NCBI RefSeq assembly: GCF_009834535.1
Contig: NC_045696.1
Location: forward strand, 93,622,001-93,686,000
DNA length: 64,000 nt
Source of the DNA: Camelus ferus
Lineage: Eukaryota
Reading direction: 5' to 3'
In this document: positions 51,200-63,996 of the stretch, one piece after another
Numbering within the stretch: position 1 is the first letter of the stretch
How the letters are laid out: each line of letters starts with the position of its first letter
Made by a program: the position numbers and the translations under genes
Notes under the pieces: generated by a model
The model's database searches: none
Told to the model about the DNA's origin: nothing
Seen by the model: only the letters and a program-made list of their open reading frames with translations

Positions 51200-51432
51200 G
51201 GTTTATTTAGCTGCAACATAGATACGATAAAATCAACTCCTTCTGTATTTGAGTTTCGACACCCATTCAGTCATGTAACCACTACCACAATTGAGATAGA
51301 GAATATTAGTGTCACCCCCAAAAGTTCCCTTGTGCCTATTTGTAGTCAGTCCCGTCCCCTCCCCTCTGGCCTTTGGCAAAGATTTATATATTGTATGTTC
51401 TTAGAGTTTTGTCTTTTACAGAATGTCACATG
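51200..51432 (-). mobile_element. L1M 3' tail fragment, antisense
   Basis: 'catgtaaccactaccacaattgagatagagaatatt...caccccaaaagttcccttgtgcc...tttacagaatgtca'. Confidence 0.75.
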
Positions 51433-51649
51433 CCTCTTTTCTTCCAGAAATAGATTTTAAAAGAATGTAATATTTCTAAAACACTTCCAAGTTTACCCAT
51501 AATTATAGCATTTTATGATAGGCATTTCTAACAACTTCATATTCTAACCACAATTCTAACTAAAAATCCCATGCACAGTATAGTCACATGGATTAAAGCA
51601 GACAAAATATGCACAAATGAAAACATATAAAAATAATTTTAAGAATACT

Positions 51650-51890
51650 CATACAGTCTCTTCTATGTGCCAGATACCTATCTAAATACCTTAACATATA
51701 TTAAACCATTTCATCCCCAATTACCATAAATAATTTTACAGGTAATAACTCATTTAATTCAACAAAATTATAAGGAAATTATTATGATCCCAATTTCATG
51801 GATGAGGAAATTGGGGCTCAGACAAAGTAATTTGCCCATGGCAGAAAGCTAGTAAGTGTCAGAACCAGGACTCAAATGCAGGCAGGTTTG
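51650..51890 (-). mobile_element. MIR
   Basis: 'ctatgtgccagata...gatgaggaaattggggctcagacaaagtaatttgccc...agtaagtgtcagaaccaggactcaaa'. Confidence 0.75.
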
Positions 51891-52721
51891 TCTTGTATTC
51901 ATTCTTTTAAGAAAAACAAGAAAACAGACTATAATATTCAACCATGATAGTTTGGATCATAACAACCAGGAGATTGAGGATGACCTAGTCATACACCTGT
52001 GTATGTACAATAATGAATTAGATTCACTGCATACAGAAAGGAACTTGCTGCTCATCTTGTCAAATTCCCTTACTTTATCACTGAGGGAAATGAGGCCCAG
52101 GGAAAAACACAAAACTGGCCAGTATTACTAAGTTAATTTATGGCTGATTTGGCAGTAAAATACAGGTAATTTCTCTGACAGTATTTCAAAATATTCTTAA
52201 TCACCTTGAAGCAGAGCCTCAATGCAAGTTATCTGTTGTGTCCAGAGCCCTTTTATGAAAATCTTCAAGCTCATGAATTCTCACAGACCCCTTCTGAATA
52301 AAAATAGACAAAATGCCTCATACATGGGTGATTATGCTTTATCCATGTGACCTTGCTAGACCAGAATCTTTGCATGACCAAAGTGGTGTGTGAGGTGTCC
52401 ATTACAAGAGCTGTGCCCTATAGAGCCACCCTCTACTGAAAAGTGACTGGAGTACTCAATCAAACCATTAATTCCCCCAGGACTTTAAGTGGGAGACACA
52501 GACATGGTTGGCAGGTACAAATGCAGAGGGTCACAGAGAGAAAAAACAAAAAACAGAAGTCATGAAGCACTAGATTCTTTGAGTGCTTGGCAAAGGGACT
52601 TGAGATAAAAATGAGACTGGTATCAGAGTAAGAGCCAACAGGAATATGGAAGCAAAATTGAAGGGACCAAGTCACTAGCCCTGGATCACCCTGAGGTCAG
52701 CACTGACTTTTAAACCACTAG

Positions 52722-52905
52722 GTTAGGGTGCTGAAAGTGCTGACTGGTCTGGTAGCATCAGACTCATTTGGGAACTGGTTAGAAGTGCAAATTCTCAGGC
52801 CCCACACAGACTTACTAGATCCAAAATGGGGTGAAGCCCAGCAAACTGTGTTTTTAATAAGCATCCCAGATGACTCTGATGCTCCAGAAAGTTCAAGAAC
52901 CACGG
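52722..52905. mobile_element. MER5A hAT MITE
   Basis: 'agcatcag...tgggaactggttagaagtgcaaattctcaggcccca...gcccagcaaactgtgtttttaataagc...tgactctgatgc...aagttcaagaaccac'. Confidence 0.85.
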
Positions 52906-53140
52906 AACTAGGTCAGTGACTGCGCCCTGAATGGTGGTCAGAATGACATTTCAATTCCTTACTTCCCCTGAATCCTTTAAAATAAAAGCCCTCATCCTGG
53001 AGTAACCCTGCAGTTTCTGCTCCTTGCAGCAATCTGATTAACACAGCTTCAAGTGCAGGAGAACTGTATATCATAAATTTTAATGAATTGTTTGAACTTT
53101 AATTATTCAAATTATGCTACTTTTGCATATTAATTTCTTC

Positions 53141-53625
53141 TTTCATTCGTTCATTAATTCAATACATATTTATTAACTGCTTACCATGTGCCACACAGTA
53201 CATAGCAATGAACATGCAAAAGTCCCTGCCTTCATAGAACTTAGATTAAGGCGAGAGGAAAGAGACAATAAACAGTTAAATAAAGTAGGCTTGTGTCAGA
53301 TGGTGATAAGTGCTATGAGAAAAATAAAAAAAGAGGCAAGGAAAGCCGTGGAGTAGAGAGGGCTTTGTCATTTTAAATAGGGTAGACCGGAAGGCATCTC
53401 TAATGCCATTTGAGCAAGCACCTGAAGGCTGTTCAGAAGCAAGCCTTGTGGATCCCTGGGGGAAGGGAGATCTTAGAGAAGTATAATAGCGGCAAGGAGA
53501 CCTGGAGTGGCTGGAGCTGAAGGAGTGATGGGAAGAGCGCTAGGCATAAAGCCAGAGAAACTAGCCAGAGGCTGGATGGTTTTAGGACTTTACAAGTGAT
53601 TGTGAAGACTTGAGAGTTTATTCAT
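53141..53625 (-). mobile_element. L2 3' end, antisense
   Basis: 'ttcattcgttcattaattcaatacatatttattaactgcttaccatgtgcc', 'gtccctgccttcatagaactta', 'gtgataagtgctatgaga'. Confidence 0.85.
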
Positions 53626-54197
53626 AAGTTTTGTAAGGCATGGATAATTTATTTCTCCAATCACAGGAACTTTGGGATTCTTTATTTGATAGGAATAAAT
53701 TGCCTTATAACCAACATGTGAAGTACAGTTGTGCCATTTGATAATGCTGCTTTGCGATCGTAATTCCAAACTGGCCTCGGAGAGGGGAATACCAAGAGAG
53801 CAGTCTAAAAGATCCCAACCACTTTAACAGAGAGAGTCAAAAAATAAACCCCTCTGGTTCTCCGGAGATAGACAAATTCTGTGCAGCACTTTGAGGAAAG
53901 TGACTTTATCTGGGGGTGAAAATGACTCCACAAAGAAAGCAATTCTCTTCAGGATAGAATTTGTCATAGAGTTGAGAGGATACATGAATTGCTTCTGAAA
54001 CCTCTTGTTACTAAGTACATGGAAAGTTATAGCTACTTGACAATACTCAGCTTGACACAGGTCTAAGAGCTGAATCCATTAGAACAGATGTGCCTGGAGC
54101 CAGAAGTGATTATAGAGAAGTCATTTCTTCATTGTACACCATGGCAGGCACTTCGGGTGGGGGGTGGTCTGCAGGTCTGCAGTGAGTGCAGCAGACA

Positions 54198-54445
54198 ACA
54201 GTCCCTGCCATGTGGAGCTCACATTACTGGAGAGGGATGCAGAAAACACCTAAACAATAAATAGGCTAATTTCAGATAGTTATGAGTGGTTTGGAGAAGA
54301 TAGCAGGACAAGGAGTGACTGATAGAGTCTGTGGATTTCTGCTTGAGATTAATTGCTTACGAAAGCCTTCTCTGAGGAGGTGACATTTAAGTTCAAAACT
54401 AAATGATGAGAAGAAGCCAGCCTTGCAAAGATCCGGGGGCCAAGA
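54198..54445 (-). mobile_element. L2 fragment, antisense
   Basis: 'cagtccctgccatgtggagctcacatt', 'ccttctctgaggaggtgacatttaag', 'gaagccagccttgcaaagatc'. Confidence 0.75.
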
Positions 54446-55709
54446 ACAATGTATATGGTTTATGATCCACAATAACCTTTAACATTTATATTGTGATCTA
54501 CAGTTTTCACTTCTGTTTGATATACATGGATTTCTTTTGTATCCTCACAATAGATACAGTGGGAAATATACAGTTGCTATTACTTGACCTATTTTGCAGA
54601 TGAGTAACTAGGTTTCCAAGAGGTCTAAAAGCCTGCCAAAGGCAAGATTAGTAGATGGGCGTTGGCAGGCATTCCTTCCTGACCCAGTTTGTGCTATTGT
54701 GATTCCAAAGAAAATGAATATTTTCAAGCTGAGAAACACCAATGAAATGTCACATAGAGGACAAAAAAAAATTGTATTTAGGTTTCAGCTGTTTGTAAAT
54801 GATAAAGTATAATTCACCTGTAATTTTTTGCCATAGATTTTAATTGCTCTTTTTTTCATTTAAGAGGTTTAGTTTGGGCCATCTAGGTTTGAGTGATAGT
54901 GATCTCTTCTGCTAAGTCTTGATTTGCATTTCCTTCTAATTTTAACAATAATAGACATGTAAAGATGTAGCCTTCACAGATTTCTGCTACATTTTGAGTT
55001 TACACATTCCTCATGTGCACAGATTTACAGAATAAATCTATGTACAATTTCCAAATCTAGGGTTACTAGGGCAAGGATATACTTGATTATCAAATGACAT
55101 CATTAAAAGAGCTTTAAAATATAAATACAAACAATTATACTCAATTATTAATATTAGTATGAAGATTTGTACAAAGGGAAGTTTTTCTTCAATTCCTAGA
55201 GTACCGTACCACAGGGAAGACTGCAGTTTTCCAAGAATCCTTTTGTTACCTAGCATTCTTTCAACATTAAGTATACATAATATGAAAATTTTTTTACCTC
55301 TTCTGGAAGTATTCAGTTCTCTGTCATTTTACAATGATAAATTTCAGAGAACATATTTAAGAAATATTCTTGTCATCTTTTCATGAGATGAAAAATTCCT
55401 TCTTTGTCTCATGGAACTCAGAAGACTGCAATAATAAGTTCAGCTACTATGCACCACAATTGTATGAGAAGAATTTCTAAAATTTACTGAAACATAATAT
55501 TTTGAAATTATAGGATAAAATGTTATCCTACTTAACATTAAAACTCATTTTGCCACAGTGATTTTTATGGGTACCTAATAAACCAGGATGTTTTTTCTAG
55601 GCACAGAAAGTCACAGAACAAGGCAAGAAAATAAAGGGATAACAAGCATTAATGGTGATTAAAGTCAACAGTAGATGCAAGTTGTCATAAGCATAGTCTT
55701 TTAATAAAC

Positions 55710-55945
55710 AACAGTTATCTACTAGCGGTTGCAATGTGCCAGGTGCCAGGCTAAGCCCTTTACTTAGACTATCTTATTTAATCCTAACAACAACCCTGTA
55801 ATATAGGGACTACCAGAATTATCGTGTCCATTTTACACATGAAGCAACTGACTTGCAGAAGATTAAGCAACCTGCCCAAGATCACATATTAATTGAACAA
55901 TAGAGCCAGAATACTACCCAGGGGTGTCTGACTCTGAAGCTATCC
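55710..55945 (-). mobile_element. MIR
   Basis: 'atgtgccaggtgccaggctaagcccttta...atttaatcctaacaacaaccct...cattttacacatgaagcaactga...cctgcccaagatcaca'. Confidence 0.85.
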
Positions 55946-56009
55946 TCTATAGTAATCATATAGAATAGAATTATGATTCTATAAAATAATATGTGTTTAT
56001 ATACTAGTA

Positions 56010-57128
56010 CAGCATTGTTCAACTAGTATCCCACAAAATACTGGTGCAAGGTAAATGACAGCTCATGTCAAAAAGATTCCATGATCAGATGATCTTCAGA
56101 AGTCCTGCATACCATATCCTTTTTTTTGGTGTAAGTTTCAATTTTTACTTTCTTTTCTATTTCAAAAGACAAATATAGATTCATAATCTAAAGTAATGGG
56201 AAATTGTATGCATGTGTTTCTGATGTCACTAGCATTGGGGTTTTTTTTCTTTTTTTAATTGACGTATAGTTGATTTACAATGTTGTGTTAGTTTATGGTG
56301 TATAGCAGAGTGATCAGTTATACATATGTATAGTCTTTTCTGCATCCTTTTCCATTATGGTTTATTATAAGATATTAAATATAGTTCCGTGAGCTATACA
56401 GTAGGACCTTGTTGTTTATTTTATATATAATAGTTAGTATATGCTAATCCTAAACTTTTAATTTATCCCTCCCACACCCTCTTTCTCCCCCTGGTAGCCA
56501 CAAGTTTGTTTTCTATGTTTGTGAGTCTGTTTCTGTTTTGAAATATGTTCATTTATATCATATTTTAGATTCCACATATAAGTAATACATTTGTCTTTCT
56601 CTTTTTGATTTACTTCACTTAGTAAATCTGGATTCATCCATTATGCTGCAAATGGCATTATTTCATTTTTATGGCCGAATAATATTCCATTGTATAAATA
56701 TACCACATTTTTATCCATTCATCTGTCAATGGTCATTTAGGTTGCTTCCATGTCTTGGCTGTTGTAAGTAGTGCTGCTATGAACGTTGGGGGTGCATGTA
56801 TCTTTTCAAGTTAGTTTTCTGTGAATAGATTGCTGAATCATATGGCAACTCTATTTCTAGTTTTTTAAGGAATCTCCATACTGTTTTCCATAGTGGCTGC
56901 ACCAACTTACACTCCCACCAACAATGTAGGAGGGTTCCTTTTTCTCCATACCCTCCCCAGCATTTAATATCAGACCCTCTTCTTGCAGATTCACAATGCA
57001 CATGATTTTATAAAGGATTAGAGAATTCCTGCAGCAAAGAAATCTGTTTCACCAGCTTTTTCCAAAGTGTGTGTGTGTGTGATAACATTTCATGAAATCC
57101 TAGTGGAACACAATCTGGAAAACACAAC
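56010..57128. mobile_element. MER103-like hAT element split by an L1 insertion (about 56010-56119 and 56971-57128)
   Basis: Left part ends '...ctgcataccatatcc'. Right part reads 'ctcttcttgcagattcacaatgcacat...taaagg...gagaattcctgcagcaaagaaatctgttt'. These match adjacent parts of MER103C as recalled. Confidence 0.65.
56241..56968 (-). mobile_element. 5'-truncated L1, antisense, with a probable 3' transduction at 56120-56240
   Basis: ORF 56777-57001 has '[27 protein letters not shown]...LPYDSAI'. T-tail at 56241-56256 and a second T8 tract at 56120-56127. Confidence 0.9.
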
Positions 57129-58384
57129 ACTTAGATTTTTTTTTTTTTTTTTTACCAATGTCTAAGTATATTCAGATAGACTCAGGATAAATATTCAAAT
57201 CCATGTGAGCATGATCCAAAGCTTGCCATTAAAAAAAAACTGTAGAAAACTTCCAACTGTTTTTCGCCCACAGCTATTGTCCCTACATCACCCACTTCCC
57301 ACTTACCAGCATGCTAGGCATGTGAATATGTAATAATTCTACAGGATGTCTTCAAAATTAGGAAACATAGGACAAACTTGTTGTTAAATAATGTTAGTTT
57401 AATTTTCAAATAATATGCTCAATGTATTTTCAGGTGGCATACTTCTGAAATTAAAGAGTCTAATGGTTAATCTAGAAAAATATAATAAATATACTATTTC
57501 TTGGTATTTCCAGGCTTTTGGATACCCTCTATCTACTACTATTTCATATCAGCTTACTCTAACCTATGAATTGCTGCTGATAAAGAAAATAAGGAAAAAA
57601 TAAATAGCTTTACAAAGTAAAACTTCCTCCGTTTGCATTAGAGAGCTTCCTGTTGCAAAGAAGTGGTCCAGAAAAGGTGATCCCCCTGTAAGCAGTGCTC
57701 CATAGGAAGGAATGCAGAGTTAGGTTGTGGAAGATAACTTTTCACATCCTACCAGTGCAGAGATTCTTTCTCCTGTGTTGGTTTGTATAAATCCTGCCTT
57801 TCTCTTCTCACTTTCACCCAAACCTTTATCATCCCATGTCGAACTGCAGAGCAGGTCTATGTGCCTCATTCCCTTCCTCCCCAGTGCATCCACTCAGCAT
57901 CTGCCAGGAGAATCTTCCTAGAATACCACATTGATTGTGAGCTGTCAGGCTCTGTGTTGCCAAGTCAGCATCTCCCAAAGTGGCCTCAGCAGAGTATGAG
58001 CTCCTCTTTCTAAGAGAGGGAAAGATTTCAAGCAAGAAAATTTAAATTGTCCTGGATTAAACAAAGTTAAACTGGTTTCTTCACTGTAGAATCCTGTGAA
58101 CTGTGAATCTGTAAAAGGAGGGCATATTGTGCAGAGTTTCTGGAACCCATTTGACCATAAAGACCTGTTATCATCTCCTAAGTCCCAGAATTTCTTAGAC
58201 GTCATTTGGAGAAATGCTGGCCCAGAATAAGAAAAGAAGATTATTGTGCCTGGTTTTGAGGTCCTTATTGTTTGGCTGCATCCTGCTCTGGACAACCTTA
58301 TTTCCCAACACTCTCTTAAATAAATCCTGCATTCAACCTGTCTCCTCACTCTACACCAAATGTGCTATACTGATTACTGCTTTA

Positions 58385-58830
58385 TTCATTCACTAAATAT
58401 TTATTGAATATCTGTTATATACTGCGAATCATGAAATGCAATCCCTGCCTTCCAGTGAGAGAGAAGGACAAACAGGCAAGATCCATCCTTAATGACAAGT
58501 GCTCTGACAGAGGGAGTCCTGGCTCCAATGGCAAGCACAGGCAAACATCTAGCCCAGCCTTGAGAAAGCTTGCCCAGAAGAGGTATATTCGGAAATGAAG
58601 AAAGATGAGTGAGTGAGCAAGGGGAGCAGAGATAACTGGAAACGTTGTTGCAGGCAAAGGGTATGTGCAAAGAACTGAGAAGGACCATGTAGAACTGGGT
58701 CCCAGTAAGTTGGTCACATGGCAGTAATGTACCCTAAGAAGGCAAGTGCAGAGCAGCTATCTTAGACAGACTGAAGGCAAATCTTGCTGGTCCTAGCATT
58801 CATTCCTAAAGAATTTGGATTTTATGTTAG
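58385..58830 (-). mobile_element. L2 3' end, antisense
   Basis: 'ttcattcactaaatatttattgaatatctg', 'atccctgccttccag', 'tatgtgcaaagaactgag', 'aaagaatttggattttat'. Confidence 0.75.
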
Positions 58831-58838
58831 AGTATAGA

Positions 58839-59064
58839 CCTGAGATCGGCAAACTTTTTCTCTAAAGAGTAAGATAGTAAAAAACATTTTATGCTTTGTG
58901 GGTCCTATGGTCTCTGTTACAACCACTTAATTTTGCCATTGTACAACACAAACATCCATGGACAGTTGGTAAACAAATGGATGTGCTTGTGTTCCAATAA
59001 AACTGTATTTAAAAACAGGTGATGGGCTAGATTTGGTACATGGGCTGTAGTTTGCCTCACCTGA
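58839..59064. mobile_element. MER58A hAT MITE
   Basis: 'tcggcaaactttttctctaaag...gatagtaaa...ggtctctgttacaaccact...tgtgttccaataaaactgtattt...gggctgtagtttgcc'. Confidence 0.85.
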
Positions 59065-59079
59065 ACTCCCAGTATAGAT

Positions 59080-59228
59080 TCTTGCTTCTCAGAGTTTTAG
59101 CTGAGGTCCAACAGTAGCAGCTGAAATTTTGTTATAAATGCGGAATCTCAGACTTCACTGCAGACCTACTGAATCTAAATCATTTAATTTAATTGTATGT
59201 GCACATTCAAGTTTGAGAAGCACAACTG
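59080..59228. mobile_element. MER5-like hAT MITE
   Basis: 'ttgttataaatgcggaatctcag...cagacctactgaatct...atgtgcacattcaagtttgagaagcac'. Confidence 0.75.
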
Positions 59229-59774
59229 GAAAACACTGAAAGGTTTTAAGCATGAGAATGACATAACGGGCTTTGTTCCAGCTACAACGTGGCTCTTTCT
59301 GAATATCCTCCATCCAATATTTTCCATACCTGCAAACCCTCAACATTGTTCAAGCCTCAGCGTGAATCTACATCACCAATCTGAAGTGATCACTTCCTTT
59401 TCTGATATCTTAGAGCACAAAATATGTCTTATCATTTAATTGTTTCTGTCACTTTTCATAGGTCATAATCTGCTCAAGAATAATAATTATATGCCTACAT
59501 CTTTTGTATTTCCCACAAAACCTAACAGTGAAATATATGGAGTAAGAAGTCAAATGTATTCCAAAAGAATCTGCCAGTTTAGAAATTGTTGCTGGTAATT
59601 TAGATTGGGGCTACAGAATTGTTAACTATGGCACTGATACTGCCTTAGGGGGCATAGTTTCATATCCTGCAGAAGCCAGCTTCCATTGGGCTGGAAAATT
59701 CTCTAAAAAGTGTACCTCTAAGCCATGAGTACTTTTGGATGCAAGAGGGCTGAGTCACAGGAATTGCATGGCTC

Positions 59775-59801
59775 AAAAAAAAAAAAAAAAAAAAAAAAAA
59801 A
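59775..59801 (+). repeat. A27 homopolymer
   Basis: Read directly. Confidence 0.95.
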
Positions 59802-60969
59802 CTCATCTAAAGTTTTAGGGGGAAAAACAACTCTAGGCAAGGGCATCATCTTTGGATAGTTCCTCAGCTCTTGAGAGTATGATCTTCAGAAATATCCATC
59901 AAAATTTCATCTCACCATATCAAGAAGCTTATGATATTCCAAACCAAGGGTCCAGAGTGTCTCTGGGTTCACTTGGGACAATCATGGAATTTGTTACAAT
60001 CTTTTTACCATCAGTTGAAGGTATCCAGCATTCCAGGGTCATCTCATTTTCTCACAGTGGTGGGAAGCTAAGTTGATCCTGAAAGCCTCATTCACACAAC
60101 CTTGGGTCTCTGCATAAAAACAAACATGAGTTCCTGATTCTCCAGGAGAATCTAGACTGGAATGCTCAAGATTTGGGGCACTTACTGACTGCCTCTCTCT
60201 GGACAGGCAAGGGTCAGGTATAATTTAGGGACTGGGGGTGGAGTAGAACAGTGCTGGTCCACGGACTGTAGAACACAGAACCGAGGAGGAAGAACTGAAA
60301 GAGGAACCGTCTAAGGGCAAAACCAGAATCAGGAAGACTGCCTAGTTCAAATGCCCTGGCTAGGTAGAGAAGACACTGTAACCATAAAGCAGGGCACGTA
60401 TATGACTGATGGAAAGGGGAAGGCAGAGCCCGGAGTGATTCCCAGAGGTATAGGAAGGTAACTACAGGACTGTATGGGTTGCCAGACACCTTTGCTGTGG
60501 GAGAAGAAGAGTTGTTATAAGTACTCTGCACATTGGAACAATAGGATTTGGGTCTAAGTTGAATGTGTTTCATCTAGTTTTATGGGGCAGAGGTTGGAAG
60601 AGAAAACATGTCTGTGTTCCCATAGTTTCCTCTACATAATGGACATCACAATCGTCTTTAAAATTTTTCATGAATGGTTTGGGAAAATTTAGATTCGTTA
60701 ACTTTTAAAAGGAAACAGCTTTAAATTCCCCTCCCTGGCCAACTAAGTCCTTGCCCGTGCTCATCTGGAATGAGGACTGGCACTAAAACACAGAGAAATC
60801 CCATCAGAACTGAAGCCTGGCAGCCACAGTTCAATTTAATGCCTAAATATTATCAGGTTTTCTTCAAAGAAATGCCATTAGGGAGGCATTAAAAAGTCAT
60901 GGGTTAGCATTTCAGAAACTGTCCACGGAAATGGGATCATAAATTATAGTAATGGAATAAAAGTTAACT

Positions 60970-61105
60970 TGATTGAATATTTACAATGTACTAGGCCTCA
61001 GCACTCTATGCAGATAATCTCATTGTTTCCTCACAAAATTCTTTTATGATAAGTGCCAGTGTATCCCCCATTTTATAGATGAGGAAGCTGAGGCACCAAG
61101 AGGCA
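60970..61105 (-). mobile_element. MIR fragment
   Basis: 'atctcattgtttcctcacaa...tatcccccattttatagatgaggaagctgaggcac'. Confidence 0.8.
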
Positions 61106-62163
61106 GATTCTCACCGGGCCCGTCTGACCCTCTGCTTTCAGCCACCACACGGGATGGCACCCCACCATGCTGTGTGCTCAGCAACCCACAGAATCCTGGC
61201 TTCTGAAGTCATCACTTGTCTGATGTAAAAGAACATTATGATCAGGGCAAAACATTGTTGCAGACATTCCTGTTTTATGAATGGTTTTACTAAAATAAAA
61301 TATTTCTAATTAAATTAACGTGCTTATCAAATTTCTCACAAATTCAGCCTTAGTGCTAGCAGAAACGTACATTGTTTTGTTTTATTTTTATAAAGCACAT
61401 AAGCCTAAATGTTTCTCCAAATGTACCATTTCCATCAATCATCTTTAGATATCTTCCTTTAAAAAGGAAACTAAAACATCCCAATAACATTGAATTTAAT
61501 TAGCACACAGTGATTTACAGAACATTTCAACATTTCACCCTACATAGTTTCTATGTGAATGTTTCAGACTGGAAAATGACAAAAGCTCAATGAAAAACAA
61601 AGATGAATGTACTGAAAATACAGCAACTAGTTGATTTATACATAGTAAATAATAATGAAATAATAAACTCATTATCTTATTCTTTATAAACTGTCTTTAA
61701 TTTTATAATCCGTCTTTTACAAATGGTTTTGTTATTCCCATAAACTCTGGATGTAAGAGAAATATAGATTATTTAGTAAGAATTTTGTCTGTAAGTATGT
61801 GTACAAAGTACCTGAAATATTTTAACGAGCTTTCAAGATCAATAAACTAAATTATTGAGCACCAGCTATATAATAATCACACTATTTGTCCTTTTTATAC
61901 ATTATCAAAGAAGCTGTGAAATGCATATTATCTCCATTTTACAGATGAGGAAGCTAGGTGACCTCTCCAATTACACAGCTAGTAAATAAAATATCAAATT
62001 ACTGCTTGATTCTTCATATCCCAAATATTTCTACATTCTCACTGACATCAAGAAATAATCTTTGTATCAAATAGATCTATAAGAACCTGGAGTAAAATGA
62101 GAATACGGTTCAGAATAAATGATAAAGATTATAATGATTGTTAATGTTATTTAAAAGCTTACC

Positions 62164-62337
62164 CTGTATAGCACAGGGAAATATACACAAAATGTTATGA
62201 TAACTCACAGAGAAAAAAATGTGACAATGAGTGTGTATATGTCCATGAATAACTGAAAAATTGTGCTGAACACTGGAATTTGACACATTGTAAAATGATT
62301 ATAAATCAATAAAAAATGTTAAAAAAAATAAAAAAAT
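62164..62337 (+). mobile_element. young, severely 5'-truncated L1 3' end inserted in a MIR
   Basis: 'ctgtatagcacagggaaatata...aactgaaaaattgtgctg...cattgtaaaatgattataa' plus A-rich tail. Perfect direct repeat TAAAAGCTTACC at 62152-62163 and 62337-62348. The MIR resumes 'atgtgccaggcattatgttaagcac'. Confidence 0.9.
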
Positions 62338-62714
62338 AAAAGCTTACCATGTGCCAGGCATTATGTTAAGCACTTCATATCATTTCACTTAACCTTAAGA
62401 ATATCAGATAAAATAAGTAATTTTACTATCTCCATTTTATAGAGGCAAAAAAAGAGTTAAGAAACATATCTCATTTCAGAGTTACATATCTTAATCTCCT
62501 CAGGATTAGACATGAAAATGTGTAGAAAAGCTTGTCAAATTTAACTTTATATAGTGCATTATAAACCCATTAAAATTTTATTTATGAAGCCTATATAATA
62601 ATGGAAAATGCTTGTGATATGATAGAGTTGAAAGGAAGGTATACATGTTTAAATGAACTACATTATTACAACTATATAAAAAGAGACTTAATGAAAGACT
62701 AAAAGAAGAAATCT

Positions 62715-63225
62715 TGTGGTAGGCAGAATTCTAAAGTGATCTCTGATGACCATTGCTCTTGGTGAAAACTGAATAGGATAGAATTTCACTCCTATGATTA
62801 TATTATGTTACATGGCAAAAGAATTTTTGCAAATATAATTAAGGTTCCTAAGCAGTTGAGTTAATCAAAAGGAAGACTATTCTAATTAATTCTAATTAGA
62901 TGAGTTTTCAAAAGAGGCTCTGAAGATGGAAGAGATGCTCCTGGTGACCTGGAAGAAAGCAAACATCTGTGTTGTGAACACCTGTGTAAGCCATGCGGCA
63001 AGACACTGTGGGCAGCCTCCAGCAGCTGAGAATGGTTCCTGGATGACACTTAGAAAATGAGGACCTTCATCATATAACCACAGTGAACTGAATTCTGACA
63101 ACAATCTTAAAAAGCTTGGAAGGGGACCTTGAGCCCAAGATGAGAACTGCAGCCCTGGACAAAACCTTGATTGTAGCCTTCTGAGACAGGAACAGAGATG
63201 CAGCTAAGTTATGCCAAGACCCCAA
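62715..63225 (+). mobile_element. MLT1-family MaLR LTR, 3' end missing
   Basis: Starts 'tgtggtaggcagaattctaa'. Contains 'atgttacatggcaaaagaatttttgcaaatataattaagg' and 'gaactgaattctgacaacaa...gcttggaag'. Confidence 0.85.
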
Positions 63226-63322
63226 ACTGTGCTTCAGTTTTCTCATCTGTAAAGTGGAGTTTACCTCATAGTGTTGTTTCAAGGATTAATGAGTTGATCC
63301 ATGTGAATTTCTTGAAACAGTG
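63226..63322 (+). mobile_element. MIR fragment
   Basis: 'ctgtgcttcagttttctcatctgtaaagtgg...acctcatagtgttgtt...aggattaatgag'. Confidence 0.8.
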
Positions 63323-63892
63323 TTTCAGTTATATAACAAATTACCCCAAAGTTTAGCAGCTTAAAACAACAAACCTTTATCATCTCATGGTTTCTGAGTC
63401 AGAAATCCCAATACAGTTACCTGTGTCCTCTAGCTTAGGGTCTTTTCAAACACTGCAATCAAGGTATTGGGGGCTACAGTCAAGGCTTGACTGGGGAAGA
63501 AACAGCTGTCAAGTTCATTCATGTAGTTGTTGCAAGATTCAGTTCCTCTCAGATTGTTGAACTGAAGACCTCTGTTCAATGTTGGCGGTTTGACAGAAGT
63601 TACCTCTAGTTCCTTATCCCATGGGACTTTCCACACAACAGCTCACAACACAGCAGCTTGCTTCACCAGAGAAAGCAAGTGAGAGAGTATGAGCAAGATG
63701 GAGTGTGAGCAAGTCACAGAAGTCACAATGTCGTCATAACCTAATCTCAGAAGTGGAAGTCAGTCACGTTTGCTGTATTCTATTCACTAGAAGTAAGTTA
63801 CAAAGTCCAACCCACAATCAAAGGGGGGGATTACACAAGGGCATGAATACCAGGAGGCAAGAATCATTAAAAGCCATTTTTGAAGGCTGCCT
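63323..63892 (-). mobile_element. MLT1-family MaLR LTR, antisense
   Basis: 'taacaaattaccccaaagtttagcagcttaaaacaacaaac...atctcatggtttctg', 'gattcagttcct', 'acacaagggcatgaataccaggaggc'. Confidence 0.85.
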
Positions 63893-63996
63893 GGAATGTG
63901 GGTATAGCTCAGTGATACAGCACATGCTTAGTACGTGCAAGGTCCAGGGTTCAATCCCCAATATCTCCATTAAAAAAATAAAAAAATAAAAAAAAA
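63893..63996 (+). mobile_element. tRNA-derived SINE, camelid Vic-1-like
   Basis: 'gggtatagctcagtgatacagcacatgcttagtacgtgcaaggtccagggttcaatcccca' has A and B boxes, followed by an A-rich tail. The final GAAG matches the start of the upstream GAAGGCTGCCT (probable TSD cut by the window end). Confidence 0.9.

Noticed and set aside
57945..58349. 134-aa minus-strand ORF
   Set aside because: No recognisable domain or splice context. Consistent with chance.
63893..63970. tRNA-Ala-like sequence (also 15162-15237)
   Set aside because: Mismatched stems, A-rich tails and TSDs show these are SINE copies, not tRNA genes.
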